A stretch of DNA of 64,000 bases, taken from contig CAXXJS010000025.1 in assembly GCA_963662665.2 (NCBI GenBank), positions 1-64,000 of the forward strand. Direction: 5' to 3'. The notes under the pieces are model-generated. The model was not told the origin of the DNA, did no database searches, and worked only from the letters and a program-made list of their open reading frames with translations. The stretch comes from Candidatus Latescibacterota bacterium (GTDB taxonomy: Bacteria; Latescibacterota; UBA2968; GCA-2709665). Position 1 is the stretch's first letter; every line of letters begins with the position of its first letter. The translations under genes and the position numbers were made by a program. Shown here piece by piece: positions 46,095 through 55,088 of this stretch.

Positions 46095-47108
46095 CTATCG
46101 TTGATCGATGACTTTTCGTATTTCAGTCGCGCTTTCCTCATCTATTGAGAACATCGTTCCACGAAAACTATAGTTCCGGCCTGATATTGACTTTATCTCG
46201 GCTGCGGGTAGCGGCGGGTCGACTAGCCGAAATCTCTTCAACGTCATAAAATACTCTTCGTCCGCATACTTCTGGTTACCCTGATAGGGTGCCTTCTCAC
46301 GCGTTCCCGAGGCGTCTCCGCATGCGACAATGCCGACTCCAGACTGATAGAGAAAGACCATATCCCCTGGAGAGAGCTGATCGATCTTGCGCTTCCAGGG
46401 TGAAAAGTACGCCGCGGCTTTCTGGAGACGTAACATTTCGTCGTGATCTGTAGGGTTATTCCTATAGTTCGTGTTCAGGATAAAGTACTTCGATGCGACA
46501 TCCTCATATGGATTGTCTATGGTCGAGAAACGAGACATCTCAAGTAGGAATGAGTCGTTTGAGTCTGGTTTTGGATCTGAATAGATCCGATAGACCCATG
46601 CGCGAATGTCCAGTCCGCGTGAACGCCAATACCGAACTGCCTCTCTTGTCTTAAGATCCAGGCCGTTAGTGACAACGACGAACACTTGCTTGTTGTTGAA
46701 CCGCTCCCTTTGTAGCGACGGCTCAATACCGAAAACACACCTGTGGACTTCTTCCAACGAGCGACCCTGATCATCAAACTTGGTAAAGAGATTGTTCAAT
46801 TTTTCGTAACTGTATTGACCGAATTTCTGACCATATCGCAATGCTTGGAGGATATTTTCTGACCGTGCCTCCCAAACCTTTAGCTCGAAAATGAATAGGC
46901 GTCCTTTTTCGTCCAGAGCTATAATATCGGGTTCTTCCTGCCAATTTCGTGATTGTGCTATGGTCAGAAGCTCCTCATCCGGTAAGAAACGCTCTATATT
47001 GTCGAATAAAATGGCTTGAAAGTCGCGCTCTGAGATTCCATAGTCTCTCAGTTGGCGACCCTCGACACGAAGAACACTTCGTGTGCTGGTTTCGACGCGA
47101 AAAAGCAT
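46095..47108 (-). CDS. NucS/DUF91-like PD-(D/E)xK nuclease with a C-terminal EVE/PUA-like domain
   Basis: ERDFQ...PDIIALD...IFELK...QALRY nuclease core; C-terminal YFILNTN...LSPGDMVFLYQSGVGIVACG. AGGAGA RBS. Confidence 0.7.
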   Translation of the reverse strand: MLFRVETSTRSVLRVEGRQLRDYGISERDFQAILFDNIERFLPDEELLTIAQSRNWQEEPDIIALDEKGRLFIFELKVWEARSENILQALRYGQKFGQYSYEKLNNLFTKFDDQGRSLEEVHRCVFGIEPSLQRERFNNKQVFVVVTNGLDLKTREAVRYWRSRGLDIRAWVYRIYSDPKPDSNDSFLLEMSRFSTIDNPYEDVASKYFILNTNYRNNPTDHDEMLRLQKAAAYFSPWKRKIDQLSPGDMVFLYQSGVGIVACGDASGTREKAPYQGNQKYADEEYFMTLKRFRLVDPPLPAAEIKSISGRNYSFRGTMFSIDEESATEIRKVIDQR

Positions 47109-47708
47109 TTAGCGTTCTTCTCCTGAGATATTGTCAAATGAGTTTGGCGGCGCAGAGCGCATTCAGTGTGCTGACCGCCTGCGACCAGATGGAGACTATG
47201 CCCTCTGTCTTCCGCGGGATCACACACGGAAAAAACTCCCGATGAATTCCCGGATCTGTGTGCAACTGCTTAGGTGACCTTATAGTTTCAGCTGGACAGC
47301 TTAACGCCTGAGCGCCGGGCACAAATCACAGCGACTCCCTTACCAACCGGGAGTCCGTGTCCAAGCGCGTCCGGTCCTCACGGTCGAAGTACATGAAACG
47401 GCAACTTCCATCGTCCTAAGAGGCAGCACGCTGCCAGGCGTTAAGGGGGGAGAGTTTCTTGCGGTTGATCATACGGAAGAAGTGCGCCACAAACAGCGTA
47501 TGTTCGATTGCGAGGGAGATGAGGCCCGTATTGAGGTAGCACTGAGCGCTTCCGGAATGTGTCAACGAAAACAGGGAAATGGGCCGTGATTGCTTCCCAT
47601 CCCTGTATCCTCCTACATTGTCACACGACTCCGAAAATGCTCATAACGACCCGATAATTTGCTGCATTTATTCAGGCAGGGCCTCGTGGCGGGCTTCCGC
47701 TTCAGTGG

Positions 47709-48770
47709 TCATGGGGAATCCGGCAGATTCGGACGCTCAATCCAGCCTTTCTCCGACAAGACATCAAATGCGATCCTGATTTGGCGGCGTGAGAACTGTC
47801 TCTTCCTCGCCCCCCAGGCGTAAGTGTGTCTTACGACGTCCTCGAAAGTCTCCGCATTTTCCCGGTGAATGACCCAGTGAACTGTAGAGAGTAACTCCAG
47901 CCCCAGCGGCGACTCGAATCCTTCAACCAGATCGGCAACCTCGTTAAACCGCTCGTTCGTTTTCGGCTGACTCTCAAGAAACGCCGTCGCATCCTCGATT
48001 GCACCGGGCACAAGATCAAGTTGTTTATTTGGTTTTTCATCGCCATCGGCAAATCCCGATATGAAGTGTCCTTCAATTCTTTGTAGGACGTGCCGCAAAT
48101 TGTCCGCATAAGGTCCATAAGTTGCCTTTTTGTATTTTAGTCTCAGGCGCTCACCGGACTCCTGCATAAAGTACATAAGCTTATGCACTTCCAGCAGTGT
48201 CACGAACGGATCAAGCAGGCCCTGAAAGTATCGGTATGTCAAGCCGACTAACGCGGCTCGCCCCGCCGTCATTGCCGGGATGTCGGTGCAATGGTTGATG
48301 CGCTTGTCCACAGGCCCGCCGCCCGGCTCGAATATGACGATCTTGACGTCTTCAAAATCCTCCAGGACCGCTTGCATACGGGCACGCACGTCCCGCCAGT
48401 TCAATCCGCCGAGCCCACTGCCGAGTGGAGGAATCGCAATCGAGCGGATGCCAAGCGACCTGATTTCCTCGACGAGCGATACCAGGCCGGATTCAACGTC
48501 CTCAATGCGGCTCTTGCCTCTCCAGTGCCGCTTTGTTGGGAAATTGATTATGTAGCGCGGCGGCAGCATCCCGCCTGTCTCGAAAACGAACACACGCCCC
48601 GGTTGCATCTCATGCCGCTTGCACCGGGCCGCGTACGCCTTGAAGTTTTCGGGGAAGGCGCGTTTAAACTGGAGCGCGATGCCACGCCCCATGACGCCGA
48701 CGCAGTTTACGGTGTTGACCAGAGCTTCGGCTTGTTCGGCGAGGATGTCGCCGGTTTTGAATTCGATCAT
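47709..48770 (-). CDS. darG: DarG antitoxin, macrodomain ADP-ribosylglycohydrolase
   Basis: ALVNTVNCVGVMGRGIALQFK, IINFPTKRHW, IPPLGSGLGGL, C-terminal HKLMYFMQ/YGPYA/GLELLSTVHW. Confidence 0.92.
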   Translation of the reverse strand: MIEFKTGDILAEQAEALVNTVNCVGVMGRGIALQFKRAFPENFKAYAARCKRHEMQPGRVFVFETGGMLPPRYIINFPTKRHWRGKSRIEDVESGLVSLVEEIRSLGIRSIAIPPLGSGLGGLNWRDVRARMQAVLEDFEDVKIVIFEPGGGPVDKRINHCTDIPAMTAGRAALVGLTYRYFQGLLDPFVTLLEVHKLMYFMQESGERLRLKYKKATYGPYADNLRHVLQRIEGHFISGFADGDEKPNKQLDLVPGAIEDATAFLESQPKTNERFNEVADLVEGFESPLGLELLSTVHWVIHRENAETFEDVVRHTYAWGARKRQFSRRQIRIAFDVLSEKGWIERPNLPDSP

Positions 48771-48788
48771 GCCTGTTTTCCTCTGTTC

Positions 48789-49427
48789 TCAGTAATACCA
48801 CTCCGGCTTGACTTCGATAACGGGTTTGTGCGCGGCGTCTGCAAGGGCCGCGACGGCCTGTTTGTAGACCCGTTGCGATAACACGCCAATACGCGATATC
48901 TGTTCCCAGGGAAACGAGTGCTCCACCAGAAACTCAGCTTGTTTGAGTTCCATGCAATCCGTCCATTTCGCAGCTTGCACCGCTTTCCAGTCAATCTTGT
49001 CCAGTAGGGCGAGATCGGAATAATCCTCAAAGAATCGAGATCCTGCATTTGAAGTGGTAAATGCCCAACGCCGTTTCTTCTGACTCAACCGAACAATAGT
49101 CTGCCGCAGATTCGCCTCCAGGTGAACAATGGCGCCCTGGCCGCCTCGATAGGACAACTCCACGTGGTTCGCCCTATAGATCACGTAAAGCATAACGGAG
49201 CGTGGACAGAAATAAAACGGCACGCAGTCACCGACGAAGAGATTGAAGTGGCTGTCAAGGGGCAACTTCAATCGCCGTTCCTTGATCTTGTTCATGCCAA
49301 TCACAGTTCCACCCGGTGGACGCTTCGCAATTTTCGCGTCACATAAGAGACCGTTGTCCGCGATGAGCGACGGTAGACGGTCTACGTGGACAATGTGATA
49401 AATATTCAGTTCTTCGGGAACCGGCAT
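48789..49427 (-). CDS. darT: DarT DNA ADP-ribosyltransferase toxin (DUF4433)
   Basis: IYHIVHVDRL, VPFYFCPRSVMLY, FTTSNAG, KQAEFLV with catalytic Glu, C-terminal WYY; immediately upstream of darG. Confidence 0.92.
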   Translation of the reverse strand: MPVPEELNIYHIVHVDRLPSLIADNGLLCDAKIAKRPPGGTVIGMNKIKERRLKLPLDSHFNLFVGDCVPFYFCPRSVMLYVIYRANHVELSYRGGQGAIVHLEANLRQTIVRLSQKKRRWAFTTSNAGSRFFEDYSDLALLDKIDWKAVQAAKWTDCMELKQAEFLVEHSFPWEQISRIGVLSQRVYKQAVAALADAAHKPVIEVKPEWYY

Positions 49428-49635
49428 GGTCAATCTTCTATGGGCGTGACCGCCTGCCCACGACGCTGTCAATGACCCGCTGTAAAGGCGACGGTGTGAC
49501 CCGGAAATTTGGGGGTCTCGGACAGCGCTTCCATTTAGGATTTATGATTTTTTGGCCTCGTTTGCAAGGGTGATTTTACCTGGCGTATGTCGAGGTCGTG
49601 TTGCACGATAGTTGTAGATGTCGATCAGGATGTCG

Positions 49636-50670
49636 CTACTCCCTCTCCGATACCTGACGGCGGCGGCGGCGCGCCAGTTCCCTCATGTCCGTAACCGTAT
49701 CGGACTCATCCACGATCTCCCGCCCCAGAATTTCCTCCAGGACGTCTTCCAACGTCAGTATCCCGGCCAGTCCGCCATATTCGTCGATTACAGCGAAGAG
49801 GTGCTGCTTGCGTTCCAGAAACATCTCGAGAACGCGGTCCAGCGAGACCTGCTCTGAGACAAAGTGAACCGGCTGCATCAGTTCCGAAATGGGCGTTTGC
49901 CCCCGCCCGTCGGTCAGAGCGTTGAATGCATCCCGGCGCATCACAACGCCAATCACATCCTCGAATTCATTCTCGTAAACGGGAACCCGGCTGTACGGCC
50001 AGACGCCGGCCTCTCTCTGGGCCTGCTCGACGGTCAGATCGGCGCTCAACGCGAATACGACCGTTCGCGGCGTCATCACGTCCTTCGCGGTCTTGCGTTT
50101 CAGCGAAAGGATATTCTGCATCACGCGGGCTTCATGCGGCTCTATGGCGCCGGTCCTCCTGCCCATGCGCGCCATGGAGGCAATTTCTTCCTCCGAAACT
50201 TCGTGGGTTGTCCCACCCTTTGAGAATGCCCGTGTCACAAGCCGGCAGGTCACCACGAACGGGTACATGATCCAGACAAGGAATCGCAGGGGAATCGCGA
50301 TCGGTCCCGCCAAGGAACGACTGTGGACCACGCCGATGGTCTTCGGAACGACCTCGGAAAGGAGCAGGACCGAAAGTGTGATAAATATCGTAAAATAGTG
50401 TTCCCACTGTGCCCCGAACACTTTAATGAACGCCGTACCCGCAAGGAACGCCCCGCCAGTATTGGCAATCGTGTTCAGAGAAAGAATCGCCGAGATGGGA
50501 CGGTCCACCTTGCGCATACGCAGGTCTTTCAGAATACGGCCCGAGACAGTACCCTTCTGCGCAAGGCTCTCGACGTAGCTCACCGGAACGGCGTAAAGAA
50601 CCGCCTCTGCGAGAGAACAAGTCGCGGAAACGAATATCACGGTGCAAACCGCAATAATGAGTTCGATCAA
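49636..50670 (-). CDS. CNNM (DUF21)/CBS domain protein, hemolysin/CorB family
   Basis: SLAEAVL, ILSLNTIAN, SEVVPKT, VMTPR, YSRVPVY, VIDEYGG...TLEDVLEEILGREIVDE. TTG start after GGAGG. Confidence 0.9.
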   Translation of the reverse strand: MIELIIAVCTVIFVSATCSLAEAVLYAVPVSYVESLAQKGTVSGRILKDLRMRKVDRPISAILSLNTIANTGGAFLAGTAFIKVFGAQWEHYFTIFITLSVLLLSEVVPKTIGVVHSRSLAGPIAIPLRFLVWIMYPFVVTCRLVTRAFSKGGTTHEVSEEEIASMARMGRRTGAIEPHEARVMQNILSLKRKTAKDVMTPRTVVFALSADLTVEQAQREAGVWPYSRVPVYENEFEDVIGVVMRRDAFNALTDGRGQTPISELMQPVHFVSEQVSLDRVLEMFLERKQHLFAVIDEYGGLAGILTLEDVLEEILGREIVDESDTVTDMRELARRRRRQVSERE

Positions 50671-50780
50671 GTCTGTTTACCTCCCGTACCGAACGAAAAA
50701 GTCGTGAGTTTATGGTGAATAACACGTTGCCGCATTTCGGTCGCCAGGTCCCATGGATCGCGGTACCACAGAATACAAAG

Positions 50781-51176
50781 TCAATTCCCGATGTTGCGCC
50801 TTCCAAATTGAGCCGCAAGGATCAGGAAATCCCGAAACCCCACCGCGCCGTCGCCGTTCAGGTCGAATCTGGCGTCCCATCCCACCGTTCCCGCGCGTGA
50901 CCCGAAAGCCTGCGCAAGCGTCACAAAGTCACTGAAACCCACCGTACCGTTCCCGTCGAAGTCAGCGCTCAACACAACGGGCGCCTCCTTGAACGCCGGC
51001 AGCCAGACGCCATTCGACAGGACGAATTCACCCTCGCCGCCCGGGAAGTCGCGCAACCTGCCGGACCCGTCGCGGTACCGAAACATGTCCAGCACCCGGG
51101 CACTGCGTCTCCCGGATCCATCAATCGTGATCACCACGGCCCGCCCGTCGGTCTCAAGACCATCCACCGCGACCAC
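50781..51176 (-). pseudogene. C-terminal remnant of a protein ending in a dockerin-like double EF-hand
   Basis: ADFDGNGTVGFSDF...FDLNGDGAVGFRDFLILAAQFG. No signal peptide, an in-frame stop 14 codons upstream, and no room for the N-terminal part. Confidence 0.55.
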
Positions 51177-51272
51177 CTCCCCGGTCGGGCTCCGACATCC
51201 GGAGCCGGCGGTGGCCTATTACCTGCCTATCAGCGGTGGTCGAAACGAGGAAACGCCGCAATGGGGCCGGCC

Positions 51273-54200
51273 TCACGTGGCCAGCACCGAAAACGACCCG
51301 TCCGAACCGCCCAGCATCAGGCGACCCTTTGCGTCCGCCGCCAGCACGTGAATCGCCCCCTCCGCCTTGTGGCTGGCAACCGGCGCGGTATCCGCGTCCA
51401 GGACCCACAAGGACCCGTCCTCACACCCCGCCACGATCTTCGCGTCACCGTCCAGGTCATTCACCATCACCTGTTGAACGGGCGCCCCCAGGTTTCGCCG
51501 CCATCGTTCCTTACCGTGTTCATCCAATAGATACAGATAGAAACAGTCCGACCCGACCAGGACCTCCGGCCTGCCGTCTCCATCCACGTCCGCGGCGCAG
51601 ACCGCGTTGACTTCCTCGCCCACCCGCTGCTTCCAGAGCGTATCCAGTCGATTTCCGTTCAGCTTCAACCCGAAGACGTGCGACCGGTTCGTCCCGCACA
51701 CGATGAGGTGCTCTTTCTCCTGCGTCCAGACGTCGCACGCGGGCATCATAGACGCCCACCCGTCCAGCCCGTTGCTTGCGGTCTCGGCGCCGTCGGCATC
51801 CAGCACGTAACAGGTCCCCCCGCATGTGATCCGGCCCGGACCGCCAATCACCTCCTGCCTTCCGTCCCCATCGATGTCCGCGACGCGCAACGGCGCGAAT
51901 ATCCCGTAAATCATGAAACTCCACCGCTCGCAACCATCCGTGTCAAAACAGTGGAGCTTCCGGTCTGAAACCGCGGCCAGGACGTCCATCCGGCCGTCAC
52001 CGCGCAGGTCCGCCGCCGTCACGAACTCCACGGCGGAATTCCGGGCGTACCGATCCCACGTCCCCCTGTATATCTCAAAAACGCGGGACCACCGTACGTC
52101 TCCGCCTTCCTCGAGTAGATAGAGGCGCCGGTCGTCCGCGCCCGCAACCACGCAACGCCGGCCGTCAAGTTCCACCGAACACACCGAAAGTACGCGCCCC
52201 TCCGCCTGGAAGGACCAGGACGTCCTTCCGTTTTCATCCAGCGCCACTACCCGTCCGTCATCCGTCCCCAGGACCACCCCGTCCCCGTCCGCGGCGGCGC
52301 AACGCACGCCGGATCCGGCGTCATGAGTCCAGACCCTTCGCAACACGGGAACAGACGCCGCCCGCGTGCGTGCGGGGGGACTCGCCTTCCACACAGGCAG
52401 GTCCGCAACTCCGTCCAGCGACAATGCGCCCGGCCCGGATGTCCGCGTCTTCACCTTGTGCCGTCCGGCGCCAACGCAGAACTGCTCTCCGCACAGCGTG
52501 ATCTCGGCGGGTTCCGGCGCTACGACAACGCCCTCACCCGCATCCAGATCAAACTCGATCGAAACAGGGCGCCTGGATTCGAAAATCGCGCTTGCCGTGC
52601 ACAACTCCGTTCCGTTACACAGCGCAAACCACCCGTTGCCGGCCGCGAAGATTCCGGCGCGACCGGAAAATGGCCCGACCTCAAACGCGCCATCGCCGCC
52701 CCCGGTCCCTACCACCATACAGCCGTCCGAGCCTTCGACCACAACGGCCGAATCGCCCACGCGGCGCATCCGGTCGTCTACGGGCTTCTGAGGATTTGTC
52801 GCATAGAACAGGTTGATAAACGTATGCCGTTCTCCAACCGCCATTTCCCGGTTGACGGACTCGTGCAGGATATTCACGTAATTATCCGCATAGGGATACG
52901 CGTCCCACCAGTGACCGAAATTCTCCCAGTCCCGATCCAGCGACATCCGGCCTCCACCCACGCTCTGAAGAACAAACCGGTCTTCCCGGCCGCTGTCCTG
53001 GTCTTTCTGAACCACCTCCAGCGTCCCGTCTTCCAAAGCGGGCGTCCCCAATGTGCGCCAGTGACACTGAATCGCGAACGCGCCCGGCTTTGTCGCTTCC
53101 ACCTCATCCACCACCACGAAACAGCGCCCTCTGCGCCACATGACGTTCCGAACCCACCGTGCGCCCCATTCGCCATCGACCGACGTCCGGCTCAGGCCCA
53201 CGCGGCCCAGGTCCGCCACACCCTCCAGCCGGCACAGCGCCGGAACGTCCCACGCTTCCCCGTCCCGCACGGCCGTCACGCCGTTGTGGTGCTTCAGCGT
53301 CGGACCCTCCGTATAAGACGCATCCACCAGGAAAATCCGGTTGTTCGCCGAAAACTCCGGGATCGTATTTCCGTCTTCGTGGCTGTGGTTGCCGTAGTAG
53401 ATACCGTGCAGCATCAGGTACTGGTCGTCCCTGTCGAATCCCTCCCGGAAACAAATCGTATCGAACGCCTCTTCTCTCGGAAGGTTCAGTGGCTTCACTT
53501 CCCGCGGCCTCGCCTTCGGGTCTTCGGCGAGATCATAAAAACCGCTGTCGACCTCCAGTACAATTACTCCCGCCATCTCCCCGGGGACCTCAGGCGCCAG
53601 TCCGTCGCAGAAGTACTTTTCAAAACTCCTCACCAGCAACGGATCGCTCACCGTCTCGTAACGCTCTCCCGGCGGCTGGGGCCGAAAATAGTCCGACGGC
53701 CTGTCGAACCGTTTGTCAAGCAGGAACGCGGCGCGCCCGTCCTGCAATACATGCCCCGCCTTGACCAGGAAATTCGTCGGGTATCCATCCATTGGAGCGC
53801 CCGTATCTCCAAACGCGGGCAGCGCGCCGCGGTTGTTGCAGTAGAGTACCGCCTGGTCCAGGGAGCGCCTGCAGTTTCCATTGTCGATATACGTAGTATC
53901 CCCGCTCGCCAGCGAATAGGTCAATATGTGATCCAGCGTCATCCACTGATAGGCGTTGGCATCCTCGATGGGCTTGAACGACCCCGCCTGCCCCCTGAAC
54001 ACCTCCGCCGACGCGGCCATCCACTCCTTCGCATCTTCGAAACCGTAGTGGGTTGCAAAATAGCGGCCGCCAAACCATGCCGCCAGCGCCACCAGCGTCT
54101 GGTGGTTCTGCCGGACCATCCGGTGCCCCACGCCCTCACGGAAGAACCGGGTGTACGCCCCCTCCGTGGAGTCCATAATCCACAGCAGATATTGCGTGAT

Positions 54201-55016
54201 CTTCAGCCGGTCCTCGTCGGAAAACACCGGGCTTTCCTCGATCAGGTCCCAGACCGCGGCCAGCCACCATACGTGAAAGTGGGCCATCACCCCGTGCTCA
54301 CCCATCCTCAGATGCGCCTGGGCAATTTCACGCACGGCCGCCGCATACGCATCGTGACCGGTCCGGTGATACATCAGCCCGTAGGCGCCTGCCTCCGAGA
54401 TCAGCTGAAACCCTGCGCCCGACTCGGAAGCGTGCGGTGTGGTCGCCCGCGCGACGAAGTCCTCACGCCGCTCCTGCAACCACCTCTCCGGCGGACGTCC
54501 GAAAGCGTCGAACTCGGGACCGAGACGAATTTTCATCAGCCTCCCGACGTTGAACGTCTTCCTATACGGCACGAGCGTCAGAAAACGCGAAACGACCCGG
54601 CCCAGCCCGGCCTCGTCGCTGGCCCCGAGCAGCACCACGTTCTTTCCGTTTCCCAGAGGGTTGTGCAGCGTGCGCAGCGCGTAACCGCCGCTGCCGGGAT
54701 AACAGCGGTCTTCCACAGCCCACCACTGGTAATAGAGCCAACGGATAAAGGCGTTGTCAGCCATATTCCCCAGCGCCACCACGTGCCGGTCCTGCAGTAA
54801 TCCGGCCTCGGCCGCTCCCGCCCGGACCACCTCCAGCCGTGCCCCCGTCGCCGCTTCGACCCGATCGACGATTCTTTTTGCCTGACGCTCCTGCACGACG
54901 TCCTCGCCGATGACGATCGTCGCCCGCGGCTCGCCGTTGACAACCAGCGCCGTCTCCGGACACAAGTCTTTCAAGATATCCACTTTCAGGCCTACCGGTC
55001 CGTTCTCCACGGTCAT
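51273..55016 (-). CDS. Giant heparinase-like + beta-propeller protein (paralog 4, close homologue of 20832-24533)
   Basis: Long identical blocks with paralog 2 (FFREGVGHRMVRQNHQTLV, FLVDASYTEGPTLKHHNGVTAVR); AAGGAGG RBS. Confidence 0.78.
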   Translation of the reverse strand: MTVENGPVGLKVDILKDLCPETALVVNGEPRATIVIGEDVVQERQAKRIVDRVEAATGARLEVVRAGAAEAGLLQDRHVVALGNMADNAFIRWLYYQWWAVEDRCYPGSGGYALRTLHNPLGNGKNVVLLGASDEAGLGRVVSRFLTLVPYRKTFNVGRLMKIRLGPEFDAFGRPPERWLQERREDFVARATTPHASESGAGFQLISEAGAYGLMYHRTGHDAYAAAVREIAQAHLRMGEHGVMAHFHVWWLAAVWDLIEESPVFSDEDRLKITQYLLWIMDSTEGAYTRFFREGVGHRMVRQNHQTLVALAAWFGGRYFATHYGFEDAKEWMAASAEVFRGQAGSFKPIEDANAYQWMTLDHILTYSLASGDTTYIDNGNCRRSLDQAVLYCNNRGALPAFGDTGAPMDGYPTNFLVKAGHVLQDGRAAFLLDKRFDRPSDYFRPQPPGERYETVSDPLLVRSFEKYFCDGLAPEVPGEMAGVIVLEVDSGFYDLAEDPKARPREVKPLNLPREEAFDTICFREGFDRDDQYLMLHGIYYGNHSHEDGNTIPEFSANNRIFLVDASYTEGPTLKHHNGVTAVRDGEAWDVPALCRLEGVADLGRVGLSRTSVDGEWGARWVRNVMWRRGRCFVVVDEVEATKPGAFAIQCHWRTLGTPALEDGTLEVVQKDQDSGREDRFVLQSVGGGRMSLDRDWENFGHWWDAYPYADNYVNILHESVNREMAVGERHTFINLFYATNPQKPVDDRMRRVGDSAVVVEGSDGCMVVGTGGGDGAFEVGPFSGRAGIFAAGNGWFALCNGTELCTASAIFESRRPVSIEFDLDAGEGVVVAPEPAEITLCGEQFCVGAGRHKVKTRTSGPGALSLDGVADLPVWKASPPARTRAASVPVLRRVWTHDAGSGVRCAAADGDGVVLGTDDGRVVALDENGRTSWSFQAEGRVLSVCSVELDGRRCVVAGADDRRLYLLEEGGDVRWSRVFEIYRGTWDRYARNSAVEFVTAADLRGDGRMDVLAAVSDRKLHCFDTDGCERWSFMIYGIFAPLRVADIDGDGRQEVIGGPGRITCGGTCYVLDADGAETASNGLDGWASMMPACDVWTQEKEHLIVCGTNRSHVFGLKLNGNRLDTLWKQRVGEEVNAVCAADVDGDGRPEVLVGSDCFYLYLLDEHGKERWRRNLGAPVQQVMVNDLDGDAKIVAGCEDGSLWVLDADTAPVASHKAEGAIHVLAADAKGRLMLGGSDGSFSVLAT

Positions 55017-55088
55017 CGCCTCCTTGTCACGACCTCAAGCGGGTATTGTGCCTGTGCGGGTCAAGCTCAGCTACCAGTCAGCAGGCAT

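Noticed and set aside
43780-47108. Classical type II restriction-modification pair
   Set aside because: The nuclease has a NucS-like plus reader architecture, is separated from the methyltransferase by another gene, and differs in base composition, so cognate pairing is unsupported.
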